From Camelus ferus (lineage: Eukaryota): a DNA stretch of 64,000 nt. The stretch covers positions 34,908,001 through 34,972,000 of the forward strand of contig NC_045697.1 in NCBI RefSeq assembly GCF_009834535.1, read 5' to 3'. The translations under genes were made by a program, and so were the position numbers. The notes beneath the pieces are model-generated. The model saw nothing but the letters and a program-made list of their open reading frames with translations. It was not told the origin of the DNA and did not search any database. Below are positions 35,590 through 48,539 of the stretch, piece after piece (position 1 is the stretch's first letter; every line of letters begins with the position of its first letter).

Positions 35590-38030
35590 TTTGATTTATT
35601 TTTATTTTTATTTCGATATAACTGACATATGACATTATATTCATTTCAGGTTTACGACATAATGGTTTTTTGATATTTGTATATTTTGCAAAGTGATCAT
35701 CACAATAAGTCTAGGTAACATCCATCACGTCTCATAGTTGCAGTCTTTTTCTTGTGAAGAAAACTTTTAAGATCTACTCTCTCAGCAACTTTCAAATATA
35801 CAGTACAGCATTATTGACTATAGTCCCCATGTTGTACATTACGTCCCTATGACTTACTTTATAGCTGGCAGTTTGTACTCTTTGACTCCCTTCACTCATT
35901 TCACCCACCTCCCACACCCCCATCCACCCTCCTCCCCACCTCCTGTAACCAGCAATCTCTGTAACCATGATCTCCATTTGTTTGTTTGCTTGTTTGAGTT
36001 TGTTTTGTTTTGCTTTAGATTCCATGTATAAGTGCGATCATGCAGTATTTGTCTTTCTCTGACATATTTCACTTGGCATAATGCTCTCAAGGTCCATCTA
36101 GCTATTGCAAATGACAAGATTTCCTTCCTTTTTATGTCCATTGTGTATATATAACACATTTTATTTTATTTATATATATATATGTGTATTTTTACTGAAG
36201 TATATTCAGTTTACTTTTATTTTTTTAATTTTTACATATATTTTTTAAATGTACCACATTTTCTTTATCTATTCATCCAGCAATGGACAGGTTGCTTCCA
36301 TAGCTAGGCTATTGTAAATAATGCTGCAGTGAACATGAGGTTGCAGATATCTTTTCAAGTTAATGTTTTTGTTTCATTCAGACAAATAACCGGAAGTGAA
36401 ATTACTGGATCATACAGTAGTTCTGTTTTTAATTTTCCATAATGGCTGCATCAATTTACATTCCCATCAACAGTGTTCAAGGGTTCCCTTCTCTCCACAT
36501 CCTTGTCAACACTTGTTATTTCTAGTCTGTTTGAGAATAGCCATTTTAACAGGTGGGAGGTGATATCTTACTGTGGTTTTGATTTGCATTTCCCTATTTA
36601 TTTTTGATTTTTAGTATCTTTTCATGTGCCTGTTGTCCATCTGTATGTCTTCTTTGGAAGAATGTCTATTTAGATCCTCTGCGCATTTTTAAATAGAATT
36701 GTTTGGTTTTTTTGCTATCGAGTTGTATGACTTCTTTATATTTTGGATATTAACTCATTATCAGATACATAATTTGCAAAGATTTCCTCCCATTTGGTAG
36801 GTTGCCTATTCATTTTATTGGCGGCTTCTTTTGCTGTGCAGAAGCTTTTTAGTTTGATGAGGGTTGGATGTGTGTGTATGTGTGTGTGTGTGAAATCCAA
36901 AAAAATCATCACCAAGACTGATGTCAATGAGTTTGTGGTGTATGTTTTCTTATAGAGTGTTATGGTTTCAGGTCATGTTCAAATCTTTGATCTATTTTGA
37001 GTTAATTCTTGTATATGGTGTAAGATAGTGATCCAGTTTCACTCTTTTGCATGTGACTGTTCACTTTTCCCAACAGTATTTATTGAAGAGACTGTCTTTC
37101 CCCATTGTATATTTTTGGATACTTTGTTGTAAATTAATAGACCATATATGTGTGAGTTTTTTTCAGAGTTTTCTATTCTGTGCCATTGACCTATGTGTCT
37201 GTTTTTATGCCAATGCTATAGTGTTTTGACTACCATAGTTTTGTAATATTGTTTGAAACCAGGGAATATGATGCCTCCAGCTATGTTTTTCTTTCTCAAA
37301 CTTGGTTTGGCTAGTCCGGGTCTTTTATGGTTCCATGCAAGTTTTAGGATTGTTCTATTTTTATGAAAAATGCCATTGGAATTTTGGTAGGGATTGCTTT
37401 GAATCTGTAGATTGCTCTGGTAGTGTGGTCATTTTAACAATATTAATTCTTCTAATCCATGAGTGCAGAATATCTTTCCATTTATTTGTATCTTGTTCAG
37501 TTTCTTTCATCAGTTCTTACAGTGTTCAATGTACAGGTTTTTCACCTCAGTTAAATTTGTTCCTAGGTATTTTATTCTTTTTGAAGCAATTGTAAGTGGA
37601 ATTGTTTTCCAAAATTTCTATGTCTGCTAGTTTGCTATTAATGTATAGAAACACTACAGATTCTTTGTATTGATTTTGTATCCTGCAACTTTACTGAATT
37701 CGTTTATTAGTTCTAACAGTTTTTTGATGTGGTTGTTAGGGTTTTCTATATGTAATATCATATCATTTGCAAATAGTTTTACTTCTTCCTTTCTGATTTA
37801 GATGGCTTTTATTTCTTTTTTTCTTGCCCATTTCTCTGGCTAGGACTTCCAATAATATGTCAAATAAAAGTGCCAGAAGTGGGCACCCTTGTCTTGCTCC
37901 TGAGCGTAGAGGAAAAGCTTTCAGCTCTCCACTCTTGAGTACGTTAGCGGTGGGCTTGTTCTACATGGCCTTGCTTGTGTTGAGGTACGTTCCTTCTATA
38001 CCCACTTTGTTGAGGGTTTTTATCATAAAT
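35590..38030 (-). mobile_element. L1 (L1MA-type) 3' ~2.4 kb
   Basis: T-rich tail at 35590-35613. ORF 36736-36927 (-) [41 protein letters not shown] is L1 ORF2. Confidence 0.93.
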
Positions 38031-38034
38031 GGAT

Positions 38035-38077
38035 TTTTTTTTAATTTTATTGAGTTGTAATCAGTTTACAATGTTAT
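38035..38077 (-). mobile_element. Ultra-short (~43 nt) L1 3'-tail insertion
   Basis: Poly(T) followed by ATTTTATTGAGTTGTAATCAGTTTACAATG. TSD ATAAATGGAT at 38025-38034 and 38078-38087. Confidence 0.75.
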
Positions 38078-38566
38078 ATAAATGGATATTCTTACTTTTA
38101 CTTTTAAATCCAAGATGTTTCCACTATAATCTGAAGCACAGCAACTAATTGTCATTGAGTCATAGGTTTCTTTCTTATAAAACCGCAAAAGGCAATCTGA
38201 GTTTCCATGAGAAGACAAAAGTGGCTAATATTTGAGAAGGAGAGAATGTGATTTTGAAATTTTCTAAATCTCGGAGTCAGGAAAGAATTAGAAGAGAGAT
38301 ACATATTTGTTCAACAAATTATTATTCAGCACCTTCTATGTGCCAGGATCTGTGGTATGTGCAATTTTTGTAGAGTGAGGAACTCTTAATTAAGTTCACA
38401 TCCTCGGTTATTTCAGTTTTTTTTCCAATCACACTCAAATGCTACTATCTCACTAAGGGATTAACTGTAATTAAACTACCACATTGTCTAGCAGCAAATC
38501 CCAGCTATGGTCTCCCTCCCCTGAGAGAAACAAGCCACTTTTCAGACATGTTTTACATAAAGGGAT

Positions 38567-39078
38567 TAATACAGGAAACATGGGGCGTGAGAGGATGGCC
38601 ATGGCCCAGGTCCCAGGCAAGTCCCTGGGACATGTTCCATTAAGTGAAGGTCCTTGGCTTCTCGCAGGAAAGAATTCAAGAGTGAGTCATAGTTGAGCAA
38701 AGGTTTATTCAGAGAGATGCACTCTCCATAGACAGAATGTGGGCCTTCTCCAAAGGCATGGGAAAGGCCACAAGATGCTGGGTTGTTAGTTTTTATGAGC
38801 TTGGTTATTTCATATGCTAACGTGGGAGGATTATTCCAACTACTTGGGGAAGGGGTTGGGATTCCCAGGAACTGGGCCACTGTCCATTTTTTGACCTTTT
38901 ATGGCCAGCTTCAGAACTGCCATGGTACCTGGGAGAGTGCCATTTAGCAGCTACTGTATTACAATGAGCCTACAATGAAGCTCAAGGTCTACTGGGAGTT
39001 GAATCTTCCACCATCTTGGTGCTAATTACTGTGTCATTCTTTTAATGGTTATGCTCTGCCTCCTTCCCTCCTGTCTCA
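38567..39078 (-). mobile_element. Solo ERV1-type LTR (~510 bp)
   Basis: Minus strand runs TGAGACAGG...CCTGTATTA with AATAAA at 38709-38704. 4-bp TSD GGAT/GGGT. Confidence 0.82.
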
Positions 39079-39318
39079 GGGTCACTTCTTCAGGTAACAA
39101 CACCAAAACTCAAACTATATCCTCAAGCCTTTACAATACAGCTTCTCTGAACTGACTTCTCGGAACAAGATGGCATTCTTGTTCATAGAAATGTGAAGTA
39201 TCCTTTATCCTATTGTCAATTTGATAGACTTTCTAATTAAATGTCAGAGTAAATGAATTGATCAGTAATCAATAAAATAAATAGAAAATCTCAAAGTTAA
39301 AAATAAAGCATTTTCACA

Positions 39319-39513
39319 GGGGACTATATTCAATGGCTTGTAGTAACCTGTAATGAAAATATATATATATACACACACATATACATATTCTTTGTATACA
39401 TATATATATATAAATAACTGAATCACTATGCTGTATACCAGAAACTAATACATTATAAATCAAAAAAAAAAAAAAAGAAAGAAAAAGAAATCTGTACAAA
39501 GTACAAAAAAAAT
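39319..39513 (+). mobile_element. Short L1 3' end with a double A-tail
   Basis: TSD AGCATTTTCACA at 39307-39318 and 39514-39525. L1 3' text AACTGAATCACTATGCTGTATACCAGAAAC. Confidence 0.88.
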
Positions 39514-39835
39514 AGCATTTTCACAAATTTATTTTAAATGTTTAGAACACTCTCAGTTGTCTCAGGATAAGTCAAACAGATTTTCAAACCCATTATAATG
39601 GAGCAGTTGTTCTTACATATTACAGGACCAAAAGCCACCTGGTAATAGGGTAGACATGAGCAAGTTGTCAGAACTGGTAGGGATAGACAGAGTGCCTGGT
39701 TTTTAATAGTTGTTTTTATTTGTTGAATCATTTTGCTTTGGCAGAATCTGGCTGTTTCATTTCATTGTCCAAAGGAGAGCAAAGCAAAGTCTTTAGAGAG
39801 CATGCGGCATGTCTAGTTAGCATGGATAACACTCA

Positions 39836-40356
39836 TGTAGTAGGGAAGAACAAATCTGACTCCATATTAGATCTGTTTCTTTTACTTTAACCTTTGTATT
39901 CTACTGTTTTTGCTACAAGTTAATCACGAAAGGGATGGTGCCTATAGCTGATAGTATACATCATGTCCCGTCTCTGGGAGCCCTGCGTCCCAGGCCTGAG
40001 CTGTAGGCTGAAGTACCTTTGTTTAAGCCCACAGGAAACATCCTGACCAGGCCCACCTATGAATGGCTGCAGGAGGGAAGAAATGAACATATTCCTCCTT
40101 CCCCAATCCAAACCTGGGAAATATTTGCAACAACTTATCACCTTTTTTACTTTACCTCCTTACCTCCTTCCTCCTTTTGCTCTGTAAAAGAACCTAGTAT
40201 CCAAACCTAGGCAAGGTGATTCTTTCGGACACTAGTCCACCATCTTCTCGGTCTGCTGGCTTTCCAAATAAAGTCACTATTCCTTGCCACAACAACTCAT
40301 CTCTCAGTTAATTGGCCTATTGTGCAGCTACCGGTACGAGCTTGGACTCAGTAACC
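39836..40356 (+). mobile_element. Solo ERV1-type LTR (~520 bp; MER41/LTR39-like)
   Basis: TGTAGTAGGGAAG...AATAAA (~40267)...CTCAGTAAC(C). 4-bp TSD CTCA/CTAA. Confidence 0.82.
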
Positions 40357-41079
40357 CTAACAATAGCCACCACATGTTAAGTGGCTACCGTGTGTGTGCC
40401 GGGCATGTCTGTGGGTCATCTCATGTGATCTCAAAACCCCGTGAGATGGATACCATTATGTTTTCCTGCTTCTATTACCAAACGTTTTTAGCTTATAGAG
40501 GTCAAGCTTCTTGTCCTTCATAGCTGAAAGTCCCAAGCAGAGAATTGATGAAATAAGATGATAGGGGTTGGCTTGGGGTGGGGGCAGCATGTTAAGGTAG
40601 AATTTAAAAAACAAAACAAAACAGAGAGTTGATTAGGCAGTTATCAACACAATTGTGAGACCTACATACATTGTGAAATCACCCAGAGTTTCAACGTTAA
40701 AAATATTCATTAACATTTCATAGTAGTGATTACAAGTCTACCATCACTGAGCTATCGATGGCTGATATACACACTCACTAACTGGAGTATAAAAATTGTA
40801 TGACAGCAAGATCCTCAGAATGAAAAATCATGAGCTGAGATGGGGAAATGGTAAAAGGAGTGATGAAAAAATTTTTTTACCCTAGGAATCAGTGGAAAAA
40901 CACAAGAACTGTCAGACCAGCCTGGCCTTTAAAAATCTGATGCTATAATTCTCACTTTTTAGTGAAAGTTTGGGAAGCTATGAGACAAAAAGACATAGAA
41001 AACTAGATTCTGAAGATAAATATGTGTACAAAAGTTATAAATGGTGGTCTTCAACTCTGCTTTGGGAATAATATTAAGT

Positions 41080-41310
41080 ATATGGCAGTGTGGGTAAGGG
41101 CACCTGGGGTCAGACCTGTGCTGAATCCTTGTTCCTACCACTTACAGCTGTATGACCCTTAGCAGGTCACTTAACTTCATTAAGACTCAGAGTCTTCCTC
41201 CAGCCCTGAAAAAGAGGGCTTGATTGTAAGATCTCTATCATGAACTTGCTGTGCTGAGTACAAGAGACAAAGCATATAAAGAGCTTCACAGAGTGCCTGG
41301 GCCTTAGTAC
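41080..41310 (+). mobile_element. MIR SINE
   Basis: GGCAGTGTGGGTAAGGGCACCTGGGGTCAGACCTG...GTCACTTAACTTC...AGAGTGCCTGG. Confidence 0.7.
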
Positions 41311-41379
41311 TAACATTATAATAATTATTAATACTAAAAATAATATTTAGGAGTCATATTAATTGATCAATATGTAATA

Positions 41380-41874
41380 TATTAGGCTTTAAGTAACAGA
41401 AAACTTGATTTTCAGGGGCATATAAAAGTATTCAAGGAGTCCAAATTAGGTTATCACAAAGAGCAGTGTTGGTTCAGTATTCATCAACAATTTCAGGGAT
41501 CCAGAATCTTTCTAACCTTATGTTCCACCATCCTAACAGTTGAATTTTGCCTTCATTCTTGTTGTCTCATGGTTCTACATGATTGCTGCAGATCCAGCCA
41601 TCACATCTGTACTCAAGGCAGGAGTATGGGGAAAAGAGGCAGAGCCAGGGATATCTGTTCCCTTTCATCAAGAAAACAAAAGCTTCCCAAAAAGGCCCAG
41701 CAGATTTCTGCTTGTATCTCATTGGCCAAAAACTGTGTCACAAAGCAACTCCTGGCTAAAGGAAGCTGGGAAAATGAGTATTTAGTTGAGGACATTGCCT
41801 TCCCAAATAAATGAATTGTTAGTGGAAGAAGAGGGGCAATGAATGTTGGATTAGCAACTAACAGGGTCTGCCAC
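41380..41874 (-). mobile_element. MLT1 (MaLR) LTR remnant
   Basis: Ends ...TAGCAACTAACAGGGTCTGCCACA. Internal CTTGTATCTCATTGGCCAAAACTGTGTCAC is typical of MLT1. Confidence 0.65.
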
Positions 41875-42074
41875 AAATAAATAATTTTCTAAATAATAGA
41901 TACTTAGCTAAGTTCCAAAGACCTTTTTAAACTTTAGTCATTTTTAATGAAAATCTTTTTCTGATGCTGTCATCAACAGAAGATTCTGCTTATGATGTGA
42001 ATGTGTTTCTTAATGATTTAAGCTCATCAGTAAAATCAATGACTGTATGCTGTGTTTGGGTAATTTGTTTCTTC

Positions 42075-42210
42075 TTTGTTTGGTTGGTTGGTGGGGGGGG
42101 GTAATTAGGTTTACTTATTTAGTTAGTTATTTTAATGGAGATACTGGGGATTGAACCCAGGACCTCATGCATGCTTAACATGTACTCTAACCACTTGACT
42201 ATACCCTTCC
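42075..42210 (-). mobile_element. tRNA-derived SINE (camelid Vic-like)
   Basis: Reverse complement reads GGGTATAGTCAAGTGGTTAGAGTACATG...GGTCCTGGGTTCAATCCCCAGTATCTCCATTAAAATAA...ACCTAATTACCCC. Confidence 0.87.
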
Positions 42211-43079
42211 TTCCCTGATTTTTTTTCTTCTCTGGCAACCAGCTGTCAGTCCTACTGCCAGAGAGCCAGTGTTGAAGCCACTCTTACTAAGGTGCTGTGT
42301 TTTTTTCCCACGGATCCAAATCCACTCATCCAAATGATTAGAATTACTTACAAAAGTAGCCAGTAAGTTCTAAGTTCTTAACCACGTCTATTTCCACATG
42401 GATGACTAGTTTCTGTTTATCTGTCTTTGGGAGTTATTTCACAGGCCTCCTTTGGCAGGCTTTCTGATTTTTCACTGTATTCAAATGTTCGAATAGCCAG
42501 AAATCTGATGTCCAGTAGTTGGGGACGGGAGTGGGGAAGGGAAATGTGCTGCTGACTAGAGGGCTCATTCTCTGGTGAAGTAGACAGCACAGGAAGTGAA
42601 TGCCGCACCTTTTACATTCAGTCATCCTGATTAGTGCCTATAAGGAATGTAAACCCCCAGAAAACTGCTCGTTCAGTCCCTGGTTAACTATTCTGTAGGA
42701 GGGACTGTAGGGGATACCTGCTCGCCAACTCTGCCAGCTTTTACATGAACCCCTTCCAGGAACGAAACTCCCTCTCTCTTCAAGGACATTTTGTTATTGA
42801 GGTTGTTATTTCTGCCAGTAATTGACTGTGTCTTCTCTTCCTACGGATGATGTTAAACTATGATGTTTATTATCATTTCAAAAAAAAAAAAACTTTTAGG
42901 AAGGTTTGTTCTGCATTAGCCTACGTTGGAAAGTCAAGATGCTATTTTCTATTCTAAACACTAGGGGGAGATCTTGTCTTCTCTCTAAGTGTTTTAAATC
43001 CCAACTCCCTGTCAGCTAGCTCTGAATTCAACTTGTTTTATTTTCAGTACAAGTGAATCAATGTGAGATTTTGATATTG

Positions 43080-43780
43080 TTCAAAATAAAATGAGAAAAC
43101 ATGACACCTCAATGAAATGTGGTATCTTGGGTGAGATTCTGGAAAAGAAAAAGGACATAACTAAGGCAATCTGAATAAAGTATGATTTTGGACCAAAGTT
43201 TTGTTTCTGTTTTTTTTGTCTGCCTCTGATGCTGGGACCCCAGGATCTGGGGCAGCCGCCCTCCGGTCTTAACTGCCTTGTCCTGCACTCGTGGGTCCAA
43301 GGGGCTCGGGCGCACAGGCCCTGTGCTGGCCGGCCCTCCCTCGGGGTCTGGGCCCTGAGTTTCCATGTCGGGTGGAACAAGGGTGTAAATATTTATAATT
43401 TTTTATACCTGTTGTAAGTCACAAGGGGCAGCACACGTGGTTTTTTATGGTGACGGATGTATATTTTGGTAACAGTGGTTGCAGGCTCAGTGTTGTAAGG
43501 GGAGCAGGCAGAGTCCACTGCCGTCCTCGGGCTTGTAATGCAGAGAGAACTGAGTTAAAGCAATTTTATAACAACTCCTAAAAAAAATAAATTAAATAAA
43601 GTATGGGCTTTAGTTACTAATAATGTATCAATATTGGTTCATTAATTGTGACAAATACACCATACTAATGGAAGATGTTAATAATCGAAGAAACTGGACA
43701 TAATGTATGTGGGAACTCAATGTCTTTGTAACTGTTCTGTAAATCTAAACTAATCCAAAAGAAGCTTATTTTAAAAAATG
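43080..43780 (+). mobile_element. L1MC/MB-type 3' end split by a retrocopy
   Basis: CTAAGGCAATCTGAATAAAGTATG | GGCTTTAGTTACTAATAATGTATCAATATTGG reads continuously across the insert. Confidence 0.8.
43185..43594 (+). pseudogene. PTBP1: 5'-truncated processed retrocopy of the PTBP1 3' UTR
   Basis: Blocks recalled from the PTBP1 3' UTR: GGACCAAAG...GCCTCTGATGCTGGGACCC; AACAAGGGTGTAAATATTTATAATTTTTTATACCTGTTGT; GGTTTTTTATGGTGAC; ATGTATATTTTG-TAACAG; CAGGCTCAGT; AACTCCT. A-tail from 43580. TSD AATAAAGTATG at 43174-43184 and 43595-43605. Confidence 0.85.
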
Positions 43781-44299
43781 AGACCAGAACTTAATTTCCA
43801 TTCTTTTTTTCTTTTTGGAACCATGGAAAATACTTTAAAAAATATATTTGTAGGACAAAATGAATGTTGGTAAGAAAGACTCTGTTAAATGAGCTGTGTG
43901 AAGATGCACTGAAATAGGGTTAGACACATTTAAAGAAACCTAACAAAAGTCTGTTAGGTTTTCTTGAGTAGCAATCAGACAGTGCCTCTCTCATGTGTGC
44001 TGTAACCACCGAACAAGGGTGCCTGTCAATCCTAGTCAGCCCTCTCGCGGGCTCTTGAGGTTTTTACTTCTCGCAGGAATTCTTTCATTTCTCACCTCTC
44101 TCAAACTCCAAACCCACATCCCTGGACTCACAGCTCCTGTCCCTTCTCTAGCCTTCTCCCTCCCCTCCTCCCCTCAGGTGCTGCTGCTTTACTTCTTGTC
44201 CAAAGTCCCGGATTCTTGCCCCATGGAGGGGAGAGCCTGGGGGTCGGTGGTCATCAGTGGGTGTTTGTCAACATTCTCATCCTTCTCCTCCACCTGGAT

Positions 44300-44590
44300 G
44301 TAAGGTGGGTTTGCACATCCCCGCCTGCTCCTGGATTCAGCCAAGGGAACATGAGCAGAAATGACATGTCATCTCTGGACAGGAGCCTTTAAGAGCTGGT
44401 CTGTCCCTCCCCACTTTTCCTTCCCCTATCATAGAAAACACTGTCATTCCAGGTGATGGAGACTCCCTCAGCCTGCATGCTTAAGTGTGGAGCCCCAGCC
44501 AACCCATGGGACACACAGCATGAGAAAGAAAAATACCTTTGTGCTTATAAGATCCTGAGATTTGGGGTCATTGAGCACCACAGCCTAGCT
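44300..44590 (+). mobile_element. MLT1 (MaLR) LTR fragment
   Basis: GAGCAGAAATGACATGTCA...GAGAAAGAAAAATACCTTTGTG...GAGATTTGGGG. Confidence 0.65.
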
Positions 44591-45048
44591 CCTCCTGCCC
44601 ATCCTTCCGCCATCCTTCCCAGCAAAACATACCATAATCTTCCCTGTTTTGCATATGAAGAAACGGACGACGAGGAGATGAATATCACTCCACTACAAGG
44701 GAGTAAAGTCTGGATTTAAACCCAGGAAGTATGGCTCCAGCGTCTGTGCCCTTAACCACCCCGCAGAGACTCTCAGAGGAAAAATCTGGGAGAACATCAG
44801 AGTCTCACTTCCATTTCCTTCCCCCTCCTGGCTCCCGTCCTGATGCTCCTGTCCGCCCAGGCTGCTTCCTCTGCCGGCTGCGTGGCTTTGTCCTGAGACC
44901 AGCCTGTGTGAGTTCCTTTTCCTAGATCCATGGCTTTTCTTTCTCAGTTGACTCTCTTGTTTCACTGAAGAGGCTCATAGGAAAGGATACCCGGGAAGTT
45001 AACTTTTGGAGGCCTTCAATTCTTGAAGACATTCTAATCTTCCGTCAT

Positions 45049-46073
45049 TGTGATGGTTAATTTTATGTGTCAGCTTGGTTGGGCCATAGTGCCCAGGAAT
45101 GTGTGCAACATTTTTCTGGATGTTTCCCCGAGAGTACATTTGGATGAGATTAATCCTGACGTAGGCAGATGTTCTGTCCGTCTCTTCCTGTGGATAGTGG
45201 TGCTATTGGTTAAGGGTGCCTGAGGCACTCGCCTGGTCCGCACTGCTTGTGGTGGGGCCCCCACTGACCGTCCCCAGACTGTAGCCAGTGTTGTGGCTGG
45301 ACTGGCCTTTGCAGTTCCTATCATGATCAGGAGACACACCTAACAAACACCATCAGGGAACTTGAAAGAACAAGATGTATTACTCATGGGTCCTGGAGGG
45401 TACACGGCATGACCAGTGGCCACACAGTGAGGCTGAAGGTAGACAGAGAGCGAGGGGGTGCAGACCTGGGGCTCTGCCTTATTGGGGTCTGAGAGTGAGA
45501 TGACTAGGGTTCACTTTTTATTGGCAAATTTAACACATGAGTGGGAGTTAGGGCACAGGAAGGGAAAAGCGGAATCATTCAAGTGGTCAGTCATCTAGGT
45601 TACCCAAGGCTTTCTGAAAGGGGAACTTTGTGGGTAGGGTGGCCTGGATTCTTATCTAGTTGTTTTACTAGTAGCTGTGTCATACAGCTGGGAACATGTT
45701 TATTTGGGATGGATGTCTTGGCAATCAAAAGCATAATGTCAGGCATTACATTACAATTTTTAAAAAGCTTGATATCACACTGCAGTGTACTTTGAGTAAA
45801 CCAGATTGTCCTCCAGAGTGTGGTGAGCCTCTTCTAGTCAGTTGAAGGGCTAAATGAAACCAAGACTGATCTCCCCTGAGCAAGAGGGAATTCCATCAGC
45901 CGATGGCTTTCCAACTTGAACTGGCCCTTCCCTTGGTCACCAGCCTGCTGGCCCACCCTACAAATTTTGGATTTTCAAGAATCCATAATCAGATGAGCCA
46001 GTTCCTTAAAATAAATCTTTAAATATATAAATCCATATTTTATTGGCTCCGTTTCTCTGAAGAAGCTAATATA
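45049..46073 (+). mobile_element. MLT2 (ERVL) solo LTR carrying a nested LTR
   Basis: TGTGATGGTTAATTTTATGTGTCAGCTTG...AAAATAAATC...TTTCTCTGAAGAAGCTAATATA. TSD GTCAT/CTCAT. Confidence 0.88.
45157..45777 (-). mobile_element. Nested ERVL-type solo LTR (MER74/76-like)
   Basis: TG...CA termini (TGATATC.../...ACGTCA). It interrupts MLT2 between GATGAGATTAA and GAGTAAACCAGATTG. Confidence 0.72.
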
Positions 46074-48539
46074 CTCATACATAATTGTTAGTTTGAAAGA
46101 CATAGTACTCTCCCTTGAAAATAACAATTCCTCAGAATGTTGCAGGTGTTCTTCTATGGTTTTTGAATTTTACAGGTGGTGCTAAAAGTCTTAGTGTCAC
46201 TCTATTTCTGTTACCTTGAATATGAAAAAAATTCTCTCTGAAAAAAGTATTTTCTTTGTTTCAAGTCTTTTGGTATTTCCCAATTTTTTTTTCTTGAATT
46301 ATCTTAGAAATGTGTTGTTCTGGGCCCTCCATGGGTTGTTTTAATTGGGAGATTCATGTTCTTCAGTTCTGGGAAGTCTTCTTCTTTACTTATGAATATA
46401 CTTCACTGAACCAGAAGCTTTGTGAAGGTGGGACCATGTATATCTTGCTCATGACTCGTTTATGGTGCCTAGTGTAGCAGTAGAATATTATTCAAATAAC
46501 TATTTGAATGAGTGAATGAAGGCATGAATGAATGAATGCAGGGAGGAACACGTACGCTTTGGGAAGAGCACACTGTGCTGAGATGTAGACATGGAAAGCT
46601 TCAAGTATAAGTTGTATGTGAGTGCCTGCAGCCCAAGAAAGATGCCAGGGCTATAAATGTGACCTGGCGAGTTAACTGCATATATGTGGTCACTGAAGCC
46701 CTGGTCTTGAAATGACCTCTTGGAAAAGCATATGGAGAAGGATGAGAAAAGAAGGCGAGTAGTACAAGACTGCAAAGTAAATAGTTCCTTTGAATAAAGA
46801 AATAACTTTGTTTCCCATGTCTTCAAAACAGAAGTAAAACTCGAAGACGTTCCCTATCCTATGGTTTTCTGTACCTCGCAGCAGAATTTTGCATATTCTT
46901 TGAGAAACATGGCACTACAGCACACTAATTATTAGGGTCTACCATCAAATTCACCTCTATTTGTATCCACCGTTCAAGTAAGCCAAGAGAAGGAGACCTG
47001 CAGGGGCAGGAGACAGGAACAGCAGAGAGGAAAATCTGCTGGCAGACAAGGTAAGTTGCAGGAGAGCAGTACAGGGGAACCGTTCTGGCGCAGCACAGCA
47101 AGCCCTCTGAGCTGTTCAGACCCTCATCCCCAGGCTGTCTGCTCCTGAAAGCACGACTGCTAAACACACCCCTCAGAAGGCCCCCAGTGCTCCACCCCTG
47201 CCAGGAGCAACAATTTCCTGCAGACGCAGCTCTGTTCTCGTAGCCACACCCACACCGTGCTTCCCGCCAAGTCTTATTCCTTCTCTAAGAACGCTCAAGT
47301 CTCTTGCTTGTTAAGCCTAACTTGAACTGAAACCAATCTCCCCAATTCTAGCTGAAGTTAGCTAACTTCCCTAATCACGAATATTTAGGGCCCCCTCTAA
47401 TTGCTCTGTCACCAGCAGGATCACCTGCTAGGAACTGACTTGGTCCAGGTTCTAGCTGGGCCTTGCCCTCTGTATTTCTCTGTAAGCTCCCCATTGTCTC
47501 TGAACGAAGCTCTCAGGGAACCCCCGCCCTGCCTGGCATCTTCCTGCCAGAACATGCTTTCAGATGAGCTCACAATTGAATTAGTTTATTTGAATGGCTG
47601 GGGGTTTGGGCACGTAGGAGCCAATTTTAGGAAATGTATTGCCTATTGGATGAAGTGCTGATGAAGCCCAGAGCCAGCAGCTCTGAGAGCCTTCACACCC
47701 GGCCTTGCTGACTGCAGTGTTAAAAGTAAGTCGAAAGACGGGTTGTGTGTTGTGACCTCCTATACACACAGGAAATCAGTTTGCATTCATGGTGGGCTAC
47801 GTAATAAGGACCAGCCTTTTCCCTAAAGTGAAAAATGTTGGATAAAATCTATTTAAATTCACATTAAAAACAATAAAGAATTGAAAAGAGAGTGGGATCT
47901 TCCATGCTAACTTTTGGGGAAAAGCCTGAACCTACAGGTCAAGAGAAAGTAACTGAGGATAAAAAAATCCTCAACTTCTGGTCATTTATATTGCTAATAA
48001 TGGGACCTTGCGGGTAATCCAGTAAACTGCATCAAACAAAACAAAAGATGATAGGAAATCCCTGATGGGACTTGAAAACAACAACTATGCTTAGTATAGG
48101 TTGAGCCATATGAAATTGCTGATATTTGATCATTTATTACCTACAAAAAGAGTAATCCACATGACACAACTTATTTTAAAAAATCAGGGGAAAAAATTGC
48201 CCATGAAGATTTGTAAGGCATTGTAGGAAGTATGTAATATTTTGAGTGGGGAGGAGAAGACCAGGAACCTCACATGAACAAGAGGGGAACTTTCCCTTGA
48301 AGAAAACCCTACGTACAGGGTGGCATCTTACCTCCCTAACAGCAATGTATTTTTAGTTAGGCAGTTCATACACAGTTCCCCTGGGCTTAGAGTTTATAAG
48401 TGACAGAGACAGGATAACAAAAAGCCAAAACAGAGTAATGCTCCTTTGTAAAGAACAGTTGTAAGGAGATCATTTCTAAAGTCAAATGAAATTAATTTTG
48501 CTTTTCTTTCCAGTGACGGAGAGAGGCTGGATACTCACC

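Noticed and set aside
35560..38030. FADS2 segment as a 3' transduction of the adjacent L1
   Set aside because: It would require an L1 within ~50 nt of the FADS2 start codon at the source locus, and no shared TSD was found. Adjacency to an A-rich target is the simpler explanation.
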